A DNA stretch of 64,000 nucleotides from Gemmatimonadales bacterium (GCA_039794085.1 JBDIWC010000012.1:23760-87759); one strand, 5' to 3'; counted from the first letter of the stretch, positions 8,506 through 18,611 are shown. Notes: generated from the letters alone by a model not told the origin. Program-made: numbers and translations.

Positions 8506-10832
8506 GCCCTATCCTTCTCCTCTCCCTCGCCCTCCTGGGCGCGTCGGCGCCGAAGCAGGGACAGGGACTGCTGGTGTCGGCCGTCCTCGATCGGGATCGC
8601 CTTCCGGTCGGGGAGGAACTGACGGTCACCCTCCGGGTCAGCAGCACCTCGCCGGAACCGATCCGCTTCGTCGTTCCCGCGCTGGATGGATTTTCTCTGG
8701 TCTCGCGGGTGGAGTCGGCCGATGTCGTGCCCGGAAACCCGCCCCGGCGTTCGGCGGTGCTGGAGCTTCGCCTGCGGGCCACTCGCGGTGGAACCTGGCG
8801 CATCTGGCCCATTCGCATCGAACAGCAATTCCAGGTCGTCGTGGCCCCCCAGCTCGAGGTGCAGGTGGACGGCGGGGCGGCAAGCGATCCCGCTCCCGCC
8901 GATGCGGAGGTCGCCCGCCTGCTGCGGCGGGTGCCGCCGCCGACCGCGGGGGACGTGACCGTCGCCACCGTCCTGTCCCGGGACGAGGCGACCGTCGGTC
9001 AGCAGATCGACCTGGCCACGGTGGCCTGGTTTCCCCGGAGCCTCCTCGCCCGGCTGCGACGTCCGCCCACGCTGAAACCGCCCACCGTGGATGGGGTCTG
9101 GAATCTGCCGCAGTCCACCACCCCCGGGGTCGTGGCCAGCCGGCTGGTGGAAAACGAGTGGCATGACCTTTTTCTCACCCGGCAGGTGTTCTTTCCGCTG
9201 ACGGCCGGCCCCGTGACCATTCCACCAGCCTCCCTGAGTTTTGCGGTCCCGGAGGGGCGGCAATTCTTTTCCCAGGAGCGGCGGTACGATCTGGAAAGCG
9301 ACCCCCTCACGCTCTCTGTCCGTCCCGCGCCGGCGCCTCCCGCGGGGATCACCGGCGGACCCACGGCTGCGGGGCTGCGCCTCCGGTATCAGGTGCCGGA
9401 CGACGGCATCGAAGCGGGGACGCTGTCGAGCGTCGCCGTGGTGGTGGAGGGGGAGGGGAATGTGGCCCTGTGGCCCGAACCGGATGTGGAATGGCCCTCG
9501 ACGGTTCGGGCCTACCCGGACCGGGTCGAGGAGACCGTCCGGCCGGTGGGGGGTCGTTCGGGGGGAAGGAAGGTCTTTCATTTCACCATCCTGCCCGATT
9601 CGGCCGGTCCGGTCGTCCTGCCGGACGTGCGCTATCCCCACTACGATGCGGAGCAGGACCGCTGGTCGGTGGCGGTGGCATCCTCCACCATCCTCCGGGT
9701 GGCTCCCGTGGCACGGCTCCCGAACGCCCGAACCGCGGTCCCGCTCCGATCGATCCCCACGACCCCGGTCATCGCCCGCTGGTGGACGGCCACGCCCGGG
9801 CCGGTCTGGGTGATCCTGGGGGTGATTCCCCTCGGGATCCTGATCCTGCAGCGGGGGCGGCGACGCTGGAAGGGCCGTGCCGGGGTCCCCGGGAGCAGGT
9901 ACCACGGAATGAGCCTGGAACGATGGGTTCAGTCACTCCTGCCGCCCGGCATGAGCCGGGAACCGGCCCAGGTGCTCGCCGTGCTCCGGCGACGGGGCGT
10001 GCCTCCGGATCTGGCCCGCGAGGTGGCGGCCGCCTATGAGCGGTTGCGGACGGTGGAGTACGGCCCCCCGGAATCCGCGGACGACCCCGGCCCGCTGCGC
10101 GAGCGGGAGGACTCCCTCCGGGAACGGCTTCGCCGGGTGCTCGGCCCCGCCGCCGGACTGGTGCTGCTTCTCGCCGTGGCCCAGAGCCTGGCGGGCCAGA
10201 TGGCCGCCGCCGATTCGCTCTACCGCACGGGGCGGGTGCGGGGAGCCCTGGAAGCCTATCAGGCAATAGCCCTCAGGATGCCCGGTGACCCCGGGATCTG
10301 GTACCGCGTGGGTCTGGCGGCCTTTGCCACCGGGGACGACGCCGTCAGCGCGGCGGCCCTCCTGCGAGCCCGGCGGCTCGCGCCCCGGTCCCCGGTGGTG
10401 AAGAGCGCGTGGGATCAGTTGGCGGACTCGACCGGGGGACGATTGGGTGGAGTCCCGCCGGTCTGGCCGGTGCGGCCGGAGGAACTGTTCCTGGCCGCCC
10501 TGGTCCTCTGGACCGCGGGATGGGGGCTGGGGATGGCGCGTCCCCGGTCTCGCCGGGTCGGCGTCATTATCCTGCTGGCCGGCGTCGCGGCCGGCGGAAC
10601 CGGGCTCTGGATGTCCTCGGCTCAGCGGGTGCCGGTCGGCTTTGCCCGGAAGGAAACACCGGCGCGCCAGGCCCCTCATGGCCTCGCGGCGGAAACGGGC
10701 GCCGTCCCCGCTCTGGCGCTGGTGCGCGTCGAGGCCAGGTCGGGTGGCTGGGTGCGGGTCCGTCTGCCGGGTGGCCGGCCGAGCTGGATCGCCGCCGCCG
10801 ACCTGGCACTGGTCCGGACCGGGTCGCGCTAG
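8502..10832 (+). CDS. BatD-like protein fused to TPR/SH3-like BatE-type C-terminus
   Basis: Signal peptide, repeated beta-rich BatD-like domains, TM, TPR-like helices, C-terminal GWVRVRL...SWI SH3-like motif; GTGA overlap. Confidence 0.75.
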   Translation: MSPILLLSLALLGASAPKQGQGLLVSAVLDRDRLPVGEELTVTLRVSSTSPEPIRFVVPALDGFSLVSRVESADVVPGNPPRRSAVLELRLRATRGGTWRIWPIRIEQQFQVVVAPQLEVQVDGGAASDPAPADAEVARLLRRVPPPTAGDVTVATVLSRDEATVGQQIDLATVAWFPRSLLARLRRPPTLKPPTVDGVWNLPQSTTPGVVASRLVENEWHDLFLTRQVFFPLTAGPVTIPPASLSFAVPEGRQFFSQERRYDLESDPLTLSVRPAPAPPAGITGGPTAAGLRLRYQVPDDGIEAGTLSSVAVVVEGEGNVALWPEPDVEWPSTVRAYPDRVEETVRPVGGRSGGRKVFHFTILPDSAGPVVLPDVRYPHYDAEQDRWSVAVASSTILRVAPVARLPNARTAVPLRSIPTTPVIARWWTATPGPVWVILGVIPLGILILQRGRRRWKGRAGVPGSRYHGMSLERWVQSLLPPGMSREPAQVLAVLRRRGVPPDLAREVAAAYERLRTVEYGPPESADDPGPLREREDSLRERLRRVLGPAAGLVLLLAVAQSLAGQMAAADSLYRTGRVRGALEAYQAIALRMPGDPGIWYRVGLAAFATGDDAVSAAALLRARRLAPRSPVVKSAWDQLADSTGGRLGGVPPVWPVRPEELFLAALVLWTAGWGLGMARPRSRRVGVIILLAGVAAGGTGLWMSSAQRVPVGFARKETPARQAPHGLAAETGAVPALALVRVEARSGGWVRVRLPGGRPSWIAAADLALVRTGSR

Positions 10833-10835
10833 ATT

Positions 10836-12614
10836 GTGTCCATGACGTCCGGCAATCTCCCGCGCGTGCGGATCCTCCCCGATGTGGTGGCCGACCAGAT
10901 CGCCGCGGGCGAGGTGGTGGAACGTCCCGCCTCCGCGGTGCGGGAGCTGGTCGAGAACGCGATCGATGCCCGGGCCCGGCACGTCCGCGTCACGGTGGAA
11001 GGGGGGGGGAAGACCTTGATCGAGGTGAGTGACGACGGGCATGGCATGGAACGGGAGGATGCGGTTCTGGCCCTGGATCGTCACGCCACGAGCAAGATCG
11101 CGACGGCCGCCGATCTGGTGGGGGTGACCAGCTTCGGCTTCCGCGGCGAGGCGTTGCCCGCCATCGCTTCGGTGTCCCGCTTTGCCCTGGTCACCGCCAC
11201 GGGCGGCGGACCGGGCACGGAGATCCGGGTCACCGGGGGACGCATCGATCATGTGGGGGACGCGGCCCGGCAGCCGGGAACGACCGTCACGGTGCGGGGA
11301 CTCTTCTTCAATACCCCCGCCCGGCGCAAGTTCCTGCGGTCCGTGTCCAGTGAATCCCGCATGACCTGGGACGCGATCGCCACACTGGCACTGGCTCATC
11401 CCGGCGTCGGCTTCACCCTCACCATGGATGGGCGGGAGCGCCTCCAGGTTCCCGCGGAGCAGAGTGCCGAGGACCGGCTTCGCGCGGTCTGGGGACGGGA
11501 GCTGGCGGACACCATGCTCCCCGTGGAATACGCCATTGGCGCCTTCCGGGTGCACGGGTACATCCAGCGACCCGCCGATGCGCAGCCCACCGGCCGCCGC
11601 ACCCAACTCTTCGTGAACGGTCGCCCGTTCCGCGACACCTTCCTGGTGCGCGCGGCGGAGGCGGGGTATCGGTCCGCCATTGCCCCGGGCGATCGCCCGA
11701 GTCTGTTCCTCCACCTCGAGACCGACGGCAGTGAGGTGGACGTCAATGTGCATCCCGCCAAGCTCGAGGTGCGCTTTCGCGAGCGTCTGGCGGTGGAACG
11801 GGTCCTGGAGGAAGGGGTGCGCATGGCTCTGGGCCAGTGGGCCAGTGCGGCTCCCCTGCGTTCTCCCGGCTCGGCCCCCGCGCGATGGACGGGGGGAGGC
11901 GCCCGGGGGGATCGCGGAGGTGTCCTGCCCGAGGGAGCGGTGGATCAGGCGCTGGGCCTGGTGACGGATCTCTTCGGAGAGCGGGGGGTGCTGGAGCGCC
12001 GGAATGCCGGTGACGGGGAGGAGGAGGCCCCTCCCTTGCGCAGTTTTGCCGCGCCCCTCTGGCAATTGTTCGACACCTACATCGTGTTCGAGGAGGGAGA
12101 CGGGTTGGTGTTCGTTGACCAGCACGCCGCCCATGAGCGCGTGCTCTTCCAACGCATCATGGAACAGCTCGGCGGCCAGGACGCTCCGTCGCAACGACTG
12201 CTCCTTCCGGTCACGGTGTCCCTGACCGATGAGGAACTGGAGGTGGTGGAGTCGTCCCGGCGGCAGTTGGAACGGGTCGGTTTTCTGGTGGAGCCGTTCG
12301 GAGGACGGGAGGTCGTGCTCCAGGGGGTGCCGACGCCCCATCCGCGCTTCGATGCGGTGGCCTGCTTTCGCGATCTCGTGGCGGACCTGGCCCGGGGCCG
12401 GTTCGGCGGCTGGGCCAACCACCTGGAGCGATTCGCCGCCAGCTATGCCTGCCGGGCCGCGGTGAAGGCGGGACAGCGCCTCGGCGAGACGGAGATGCGG
12501 GAACTCCTGCATGCCGTGTTCGTCACGCCGCTTCCGGCGCATGACGTGCACGGGCGATCCACCATCGTGCAGTTGCCCCGGGACGAACTGGAGCGGCGAT
12601 TTGGCCGACGCTAG
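10836..12614 (+). CDS. mutL: DNA mismatch repair protein MutL
   Basis: QIAAGEVVERPASAVRELVENAIDA, SFGFRGEAL, VDVNVHPAK, DQHAAHER. Confidence 0.97.
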   Translation: MSMTSGNLPRVRILPDVVADQIAAGEVVERPASAVRELVENAIDARARHVRVTVEGGGKTLIEVSDDGHGMEREDAVLALDRHATSKIATAADLVGVTSFGFRGEALPAIASVSRFALVTATGGGPGTEIRVTGGRIDHVGDAARQPGTTVTVRGLFFNTPARRKFLRSVSSESRMTWDAIATLALAHPGVGFTLTMDGRERLQVPAEQSAEDRLRAVWGRELADTMLPVEYAIGAFRVHGYIQRPADAQPTGRRTQLFVNGRPFRDTFLVRAAEAGYRSAIAPGDRPSLFLHLETDGSEVDVNVHPAKLEVRFRERLAVERVLEEGVRMALGQWASAAPLRSPGSAPARWTGGGARGDRGGVLPEGAVDQALGLVTDLFGERGVLERRNAGDGEEEAPPLRSFAAPLWQLFDTYIVFEEGDGLVFVDQHAAHERVLFQRIMEQLGGQDAPSQRLLLPVTVSLTDEELEVVESSRRQLERVGFLVEPFGGREVVLQGVPTPHPRFDAVACFRDLVADLARGRFGGWANHLERFAASYACRAAVKAGQRLGETEMRELLHAVFVTPLPAHDVHGRSTIVQLPRDELERRFGRR

Positions 12615-13536
12615 GGTGCCGGTGCTGGTCGGGCCCACCGCCGTGGGGAAGACCGCGGTGGCCCTGGCCCTGTCGGCTCACTGGCCGCTCGAAGTGATCT
12701 CCGCCGACTCCCGCCAGATCTATCGCCGGCTGGACATTGGTACCGCCAAGCCGACCCGCCGCGAGCGCGCGCGGGTTCCCCACCATCTCCTCGACATGAC
12801 GGAGCCGGGACAGCGCTACAGTGCCGGGCGGTTCGCGACCGATGCCGGCGCGGTCCTGTCCGGAATCCATGAGCGGGGGAATCGTCCGGTGGTGGTGGGG
12901 GGGACCGGTTTCTACATCCGGGCCCTGGCCGAGGGCCTCTTCCTCGAACCGGGGATGGATCCCGCCGCACGGCGATCGATCGAGGGGTACCTGAGTGGCC
13001 TCCCCGACGCCGAGCTGGTGCGGTGGGCGGCTCGCCTGGATTCCGGATTTGCCGGAGGTGGCCGGCAGCGCGCCCTGCGGGCCATCGAGGTCGCGCTCCT
13101 GTCGGGGTGGCCTCTGTCGGTCTGGCAGCAGCGGGCCCGGCGGGCCGCGGCCATCGCACCCTGGTACGTCGTCCTGACGGTTCCTCGCCCCGTGCTGCAT
13201 CGCCGGATTGCGGTGCGGGCGGCCGAGATGGTGCGGCGGGGAGTGATCGAGGAGGTGGCGGCGGTCCTGGCCGAGGGACACGGCGCCCAGGCGCCGGGTC
13301 TCGACGGCGTCGGGATTCGGGAGGCGGTCGACTATCTTCACGGGCGGCTGGCCCGGGATGCGGTGGCGGAGGCGATCACGGTGAGCACCCGGCGCTACGC
13401 CAAGCGCCAGGAAACCTGGTTTCGTCACCAGCTCCGGGGGCCGGTGCTGATGTGTGACGCGACGCGGCCCCCGGAGGACATTGCGCGCACGATCGCGGCG
13501 GCCTGGGAGGCGAGGGACGCGATCAGGACGACTTGA
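12601..13536 (+). CDS. miaA: tRNA dimethylallyltransferase
   Basis: GPTAVGKT, ISADSRQIY, DIGTAKP, VVGGTGFY, RRYAKRQETWF; TTG start inferred. Confidence 0.95.
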   Translation: MADARVPVLVGPTAVGKTAVALALSAHWPLEVISADSRQIYRRLDIGTAKPTRRERARVPHHLLDMTEPGQRYSAGRFATDAGAVLSGIHERGNRPVVVGGTGFYIRALAEGLFLEPGMDPAARRSIEGYLSGLPDAELVRWAARLDSGFAGGGRQRALRAIEVALLSGWPLSVWQQRARRAAAIAPWYVVLTVPRPVLHRRIAVRAAEMVRRGVIEEVAAVLAEGHGAQAPGLDGVGIREAVDYLHGRLARDAVAEAITVSTRRYAKRQETWFRHQLRGPVLMCDATRPPEDIARTIAAAWEARDAIRTT

Positions 13537-13553
13537 GCAGAGACGAGACCACC

Positions 13554-14681
13554 ATGCGGATCGGCATCACCTGTTACCCCACGTACGGCGGATCGGGGGC
13601 CCTGGCCACGGAACTCGGGCTCGAGCTCGCCCGCCGCGGGCATCAGGTTCATTTCATCACCTACGACTCTCCCTTCCGTCTCCGGGGATACACGGAGGGG
13701 GTCTACTTTCACGAAGTGGACACCCGAAGCCGCTACCCGCTCTTCGATCACTACCCCTACACCCTGGCGCTCGCGTCGAAACAACACGAGGTGGCGCTCC
13801 ATGAACGCCTCGACGTGTTGCACGTGCATTATGCGATTCCCCACGCCACCGCCGCCTGGCTGGCCCGCGAGATGCTGGGAGCCGACCATCCCCTCAAGGT
13901 GATCACCACGCTCCACGGGACCGACATCACGCTGGTGGGGCAGGAGGCGAGCTTCTACGCGATCACCAAGCTCTCCATCGAGCGATCCGACGCGGTGACG
14001 GCGGTGTCCTCCTATCTGCGGGATGAGACCTACCGCGCCTTCGGGTGCGTGGGGTGCACCATCGACGTCATTCCCAACTTTGTCCGGCTCGCCGAGTATC
14101 ACCCCGGATCCGAGAACGATACGCAGAGCCTCGCTCCCGCCGGACACCGCGTGATCACGCACGTCTCCAATTTCCGTGAAGTCAAACGGGTGCGGGACGT
14201 GATCAGGATCTTCGCCCGCATCCGGCGGGCGATGCCGGCGACACTCATCATGGTGGGGGATGGCCCCGACCGGGACACGGCCGAACAGGAGGCCCGCGAT
14301 CTCGAGGTGGCCGGCGACGTTCGTTTTCTCGGCCGGCTCGATTCGGTGGTCACCCTGCTCCAGGCCAGCGATCTCTTCCTCCTCCCCTCCCAGTCCGAAT
14401 CGTTCGGGTTGGCCGCGCTGGAGGCGATGGCCTGCGGGATCCCGGTGGTGGCGAGCCGGGCCGGCGGGCTCCCCGAAGTCATCACGGACGGAGTGGACGG
14501 GATTCTCGAACCGCCAGGGTCGGTCGAGGCCATGGGGCGCCGGGCGGTGGAACTCCTGCGCGACACCGACCGCCATCGCCGGATGGGGGAGTCGGCCCTG
14601 GCCAAGGCCACCCAGTTCGCCGCGGAGGTGGTGGTGCCCCAGTATGAGGCGCTGTATCACTCCGTGGTGTCCGGGAAATGA
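13554..14681 (+). CDS. bshA: N-acetyl-alpha-D-glucosaminyl L-malate synthase (bacillithiol, GT4)
   Basis: MRIGITCYPTYGGSG, HVHYAIPHA, TTLHGTDITLVG, ESFGLAALEAM. Confidence 0.92.
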   Translation: MRIGITCYPTYGGSGALATELGLELARRGHQVHFITYDSPFRLRGYTEGVYFHEVDTRSRYPLFDHYPYTLALASKQHEVALHERLDVLHVHYAIPHATAAWLAREMLGADHPLKVITTLHGTDITLVGQEASFYAITKLSIERSDAVTAVSSYLRDETYRAFGCVGCTIDVIPNFVRLAEYHPGSENDTQSLAPAGHRVITHVSNFREVKRVRDVIRIFARIRRAMPATLIMVGDGPDRDTAEQEARDLEVAGDVRFLGRLDSVVTLLQASDLFLLPSQSESFGLAALEAMACGIPVVASRAGGLPEVITDGVDGILEPPGSVEAMGRRAVELLRDTDRHRRMGESALAKATQFAAEVVVPQYEALYHSVVSGK

Positions 14682-15451
14682 CGTGGTGGGAGGGATTGAT
14701 CCTGGGTGTGCTGCAGGGACTGACGGAGTTTCTTCCCATCAGCAGCTCCGGCCATCTGGTGGTGGCGGAGGGGCTCCTGGGGCTCCACGCTCCCGGTGTC
14801 GCGGTGGAGGTCATGCTGCACCTCGCCACTCTGCTCGCGGTCGTGATTGTCTATCGGGTGGCCCTCCTGCGGCTGGCTCGGGGCCTCTGGCGCCGGGAAA
14901 GTGATGCCTCGGCCCAGGTCATCTTTCTCGTGGCGGCCTCCGTCCCCGCGGCGGTCGTTGGCCTGGTCTTCCGGGATGCGCTGACCTCGGCGTTCGATTC
15001 CTACCGTCTGGTGGGGGTTGATTTTCTCCTCACCGGCGTCCTGCTCGCGAGTACCCGGTGGATCCGTCCCCGGCCGGAGCGCACCATCACCCTCGGCACC
15101 GCCCTTCTGGTGGGTGTGGCGCAGGCCGTGGCCATTCTACCCGGCATCTCCCGGTCCGGCACCACGATCGCGGCCGCGCTGTGGCGCGGCGTACCGGCGT
15201 GGCGCGCGGCGGAATTCTCCTTCCTCATGGCCGTGGTGGTGATCGCCGGGTCGGGCGCCCTGGAGGCGCGGAATCTCGGCGCCCTTCCGCTGACGGGGGG
15301 ATTGGCCACGGCCTTTGTGAGCGCGCTGGTGGCCGGTGTTATCGCGATTCGATCGCTGCTCTGGCTCCTCCGGACCCGGCGCTTCCATCACTTCGCACCC
15401 TACCTTTTCGTTGTCGGCGGGTTCACGCTCCTCTGGTTTCGCGGGTCGTGA
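14678..15451 (+). CDS. uppP: Undecaprenyl-diphosphate phosphatase
   Basis: LGVLQGLTEFLPISSSGHL, PGISRSGTTI, AAEFSFL. Confidence 0.95.
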   Translation: MTWWEGLILGVLQGLTEFLPISSSGHLVVAEGLLGLHAPGVAVEVMLHLATLLAVVIVYRVALLRLARGLWRRESDASAQVIFLVAASVPAAVVGLVFRDALTSAFDSYRLVGVDFLLTGVLLASTRWIRPRPERTITLGTALLVGVAQAVAILPGISRSGTTIAAALWRGVPAWRAAEFSFLMAVVVIAGSGALEARNLGALPLTGGLATAFVSALVAGVIAIRSLLWLLRTRRFHHFAPYLFVVGGFTLLWFRGS

Positions 15452-16194
15452 TCCCTCCTCCGACTCCGGCGCCGGTGCGTCGCGTCTCCACCACGACCTC
15501 GACCCAGGATCTGGCCCACGCCGAGGCGGCTCGGGGAGCTCCGCACGGGTGGATGGTGGTGGCGGATGAGCAGACGGGGAGCCGGGGATCCCGAGGGAGG
15601 ACCTGGCTGGCCCCGGTGGGCGGGGCGTGGGTCAGCGTGGTGGTGCGGCCGGAATCGGCGGAGGGAGTGGCCCTGCTGAGCCTGCGGGTCGGTCTCCTCG
15701 TGGCGGAGACGCTCGAGCGGTGGATGGGAACGGGATCGGGGGCGCCGCAACTCAAGTGGCCCAACGACCTGATGGCGGGGTCCGGGAAACTGGGGGGCAT
15801 TCTCTGTGAGGCGCGATGGCAGGGGGATCACCCGTCCTGGGTCGTGGCCGGCATCGGAGTGAATGTGCACAACCCGGTTCCCGCCGGGCTGGATCCACCG
15901 GCCGTGCGCCTGGCGGATCTGGCGCCGGGAGCGCCGGCCGGTCCGGAGGTGGCCCGGATTCTGGGGAGCATCGTGGCGTCGGTGGAGACCGCTCGGGGAA
16001 CACTGACGGCGGCGGAGCACGCCCGGTTTGACGCCCGGGACTGGCTGCGGGGACGGAACGTGGACCTGGGGCCGGACACCCGCGGGCGAGCCGAGGGGGT
16101 GTCGCCTGACGGCCGTCTCCGTGTTCTCGTGTCCACCCCCGACGGCAGGGAACGCGTGTCCTTCCTCACCGCGCCCGGCGGGACCTGTTCGTGA
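15448..16194 (+). CDS. birA: Biotin--[acetyl-CoA-carboxylase] ligase (no HTH)
   Basis: STQD, ADEQTGSRGSRGRTW, LKWPNDL, KLGGILCE, GIGVNV. Confidence 0.9.
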   Translation: MIPPPTPAPVRRVSTTTSTQDLAHAEAARGAPHGWMVVADEQTGSRGSRGRTWLAPVGGAWVSVVVRPESAEGVALLSLRVGLLVAETLERWMGTGSGAPQLKWPNDLMAGSGKLGGILCEARWQGDHPSWVVAGIGVNVHNPVPAGLDPPAVRLADLAPGAPAGPEVARILGSIVASVETARGTLTAAEHARFDARDWLRGRNVDLGPDTRGRAEGVSPDGRLRVLVSTPDGRERVSFLTAPGGTCS

Positions 16195-16282
16195 TCCCCG
16201 GGGAACGTCCGGGGCTTGGCCCGCACGGGTGGGGAACCTTATCTTTGCACCATTCACCTGGCTGCCAGCGGAGCTCCCTGCC

Positions 16283-16906
16283 ATGAACAACCCGGTACCC
16301 GGCGCGACGGACCAGACCGATCTCCGGCACGTGCTCGTCTCCTCCCTCAAGATCGGCGTCCTCGTCAGTGCGCTCGTCGCGCTCTTCTCGGTCACGGGCC
16401 GCCTGCTCGACGGCATGGCCGAGGTGGCCGTTCAGGCACTGCTTGTGGCCGCGGGCGTCTGGATCACCACGATGTTGCCCGGTCTCTGGACCCGGGCGCG
16501 GTCGATCGAGGGGATCGCCGGGGCGGCCGGGATCGGACTCGCCGGAACCGTGGTGTTCCTTCTGATCGATGTCTCCCTCCTCCAGCCCTTCGGGGTCTAC
16601 TCCAACCGGTGGCTCGAGATCGGGGGAGGAAGCAATTGGTGGTATCACCCGGTGTGGTGGATGGCGGGCACCTTCCTCCCCTGGATGGGGGCCTTTGCTC
16701 TGGCCAACCAGGCCGCGCGGGGGCGCGATCCATCGGCTCCCTCGGTCTTCGTGATGGCCGTGGTACTGGCGCTCGTCGTGGGGGGGCTTGCGGCCATGCT
16801 GGGATTCCCGGGCGCCACGTTCAGCCTGGGAACCATGGGGGTCGCCTTCCTCCCCGCCATCGCCCTGACGGCACTCGTCACCGGCCTTGGAGCGCGGCGC
16901 GCCTAG
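16283..16906 (+). CDS. Hypothetical integral membrane protein (~6 TM)
   Basis: Hydrophobic helices; GGAG SD before ATG. Confidence 0.7.
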   Translation: MNNPVPGATDQTDLRHVLVSSLKIGVLVSALVALFSVTGRLLDGMAEVAVQALLVAAGVWITTMLPGLWTRARSIEGIAGAAGIGLAGTVVFLLIDVSLLQPFGVYSNRWLEIGGGSNWWYHPVWWMAGTFLPWMGAFALANQAARGRDPSAPSVFVMAVVLALVVGGLAAMLGFPGATFSLGTMGVAFLPAIALTALVTGLGARRA

Positions 16907-16915
16907 GGGCGCTCC

Positions 16916-17224
16916 GTGCCGATCGTCCGGGGATTCGCCAGAGTTTTCGGCTGGCTTCTCACGCCGGTCGTGGCGTGGATCGCCTCCTTCCTGGGCGCCT
17001 GGGTCGCGGCCTCCCTGACCAGCAGGGACCTCGATTTGAGATGGCGCCTCGGCGTCGTCATCGGGACGGGGGCCCTCGCCGCGACCGTGTCGGCGATTCT
17101 GTGGCTCCGCCTGATTCGCCGTTCCCCCACCCTGCAAACCGCCCTGGCGGTCCATCCCGATGGGACGCCCGTCGCGGCCGACGCGGGCTCCGAGGGAGGG
17201 GATCAGGAGGATCCCGCCCCGTGA
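16916..17224 (+). CDS. Small hypothetical membrane protein (2 TM)
   Basis: Two hydrophobic segments; operonic spacing. Confidence 0.6.
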   Translation: MPIVRGFARVFGWLLTPVVAWIASFLGAWVAASLTSRDLDLRWRLGVVIGTGALAATVSAILWLRLIRRSPTLQTALAVHPDGTPVAADAGSEGGDQEDPAP

Positions 17225-17634
17225 TCGGTGCCCGAGGATGGTTGACGCGAGGTTCCCTGGTCGCGCTACTGGCATGCGGTCCTCCGGCCGACTCTTCGCC
17301 CGCCGTGGACTCCTCCTCGGGCGAGCTCCCCACCCCCGCGTCGGCGCGGACCGCAACCCTCCCGGATTCGCTCCTTCTCACCCTCGGATCGGGGGCGACC
17401 GTCTGGTGGACCACCGGGCGGGAGGTGGAGGGTGAGGAGGGAACGACCTGCCTGGAACGGGCGATCGAGATCCGTGTGGATACGACTCGCCGACTCGTCC
17501 CCCTCCTCTACACCAGGACCGCGCCGGTCGCCCTGTCCGACTCGGTCTTCCGCGCCGCCCTTTCGACCCGGTGCCGTCCGGGGGGGATGTATCGCGTCCA
17601 CGTTCGCACCGCCCAGCCGGAGCCGATCGAATGA
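17221..17634 (+). CDS. Hypothetical lipoprotein
   Basis: GTGA overlap; lipobox-like LLAC. Confidence 0.55.
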   Translation: MIGARGWLTRGSLVALLACGPPADSSPAVDSSSGELPTPASARTATLPDSLLLTLGSGATVWWTTGREVEGEEGTTCLERAIEIRVDTTRRLVPLLYTRTAPVALSDSVFRAALSTRCRPGGMYRVHVRTAQPEPIE

Positions 17635-18611
17635 CACACCCACCCCGTGGGATTCTGCCCGTGAGAACAATCCTTGCCCTCGTCCTCCTGGGGTGGGACG
17701 GGTTCATCGAGATCCATCCCGCCTCGGCTCAGGAGGTCGCCCTTCGGGTGAGCCGGTTGATCGGAAACGAACCGGACCTCGACGGACTCTTCGTCTCCTT
17801 CTCGAACGGGACCGGAGTGGCGGCGATCGAGGTCAATGCGGGCCGGTGGAATCTCCGGGGAGCCCAGGACGGAGGGCTCTATGGGATTGGAGCGGATGCC
17901 CGGCTCTTTCGAGGGACTCTCGGCCCCTTCTACCTCATCGGTGGAGTGCAGGGCGGGTTCGGCACCAAGGACGCGTCGACCCTCTGGGGGTCCTGGTCGG
18001 TCGGGGGCGGGTACGACCTCCTCGTCGCAGGACCGATCCGGCTCGGCCTCGAGGCCCGGTACCGTGGGGTGTCCCAGGACTCCCGGAATGGGATCGAGAT
18101 AGGCGGCCGGATCGGAATCGGGTTCGGTGGGGGGGATGGATCGGGGCAGAGCAGGGTGTCGGCCCTTCCCGGGACCAGGCCAGCCACCACCTCCCCGCTG
18201 GGAAGCGCCGCCGCAGGCACGTCAGCTGTCGAGGGGGTGGTCCAGGTGGCGCTCGATGCGATGGGGACGCCCTATCGGTGGGGGGGATCCAGCGCAAACG
18301 GATTCGACTGTTCCGGCCTCATTCACTTTGCCTATGGACAGCGGGGAGTGACCCTCCCGCGCCGCGGCGAAGACCAGGCCCGGATGGGGACGGAGGTGCC
18401 CCGCGTCATGGCCGCCCTCCGGCCCGGGGACATTCTCACATTCGGAAGCGGGGAAGGGAAGCCGGTGACCCATGTGGGTCTCTATCTCGGGGAGGGCCGG
18501 TTCATACACAGTGGGAGCTCCGGGGTCCAGATCAGCGCGCTGAGCGAGGCCGATCCGACCGGCGCCTGGTGGCGCGCGCGCTGGGTGGGTGCCCGGCGAA
18601 TTCTGGAGTAG
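17631..18611 (+). CDS. NlpC/P60 (C40) peptidase with predicted N-terminal outer-membrane beta-barrel
   Basis: GTPYRWGG..GFDCSG, PGDILTF, THVGLYLGEGRFIH; N-terminal alternating Gly/hydrophobic strands. Confidence 0.88.
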   Translation: MTHPPRGILPVRTILALVLLGWDGFIEIHPASAQEVALRVSRLIGNEPDLDGLFVSFSNGTGVAAIEVNAGRWNLRGAQDGGLYGIGADARLFRGTLGPFYLIGGVQGGFGTKDASTLWGSWSVGGGYDLLVAGPIRLGLEARYRGVSQDSRNGIEIGGRIGIGFGGGDGSGQSRVSALPGTRPATTSPLGSAAAGTSAVEGVVQVALDAMGTPYRWGGSSANGFDCSGLIHFAYGQRGVTLPRRGEDQARMGTEVPRVMAALRPGDILTFGSGEGKPVTHVGLYLGEGRFIHSGSSGVQISALSEADPTGAWWRARWVGARRILE

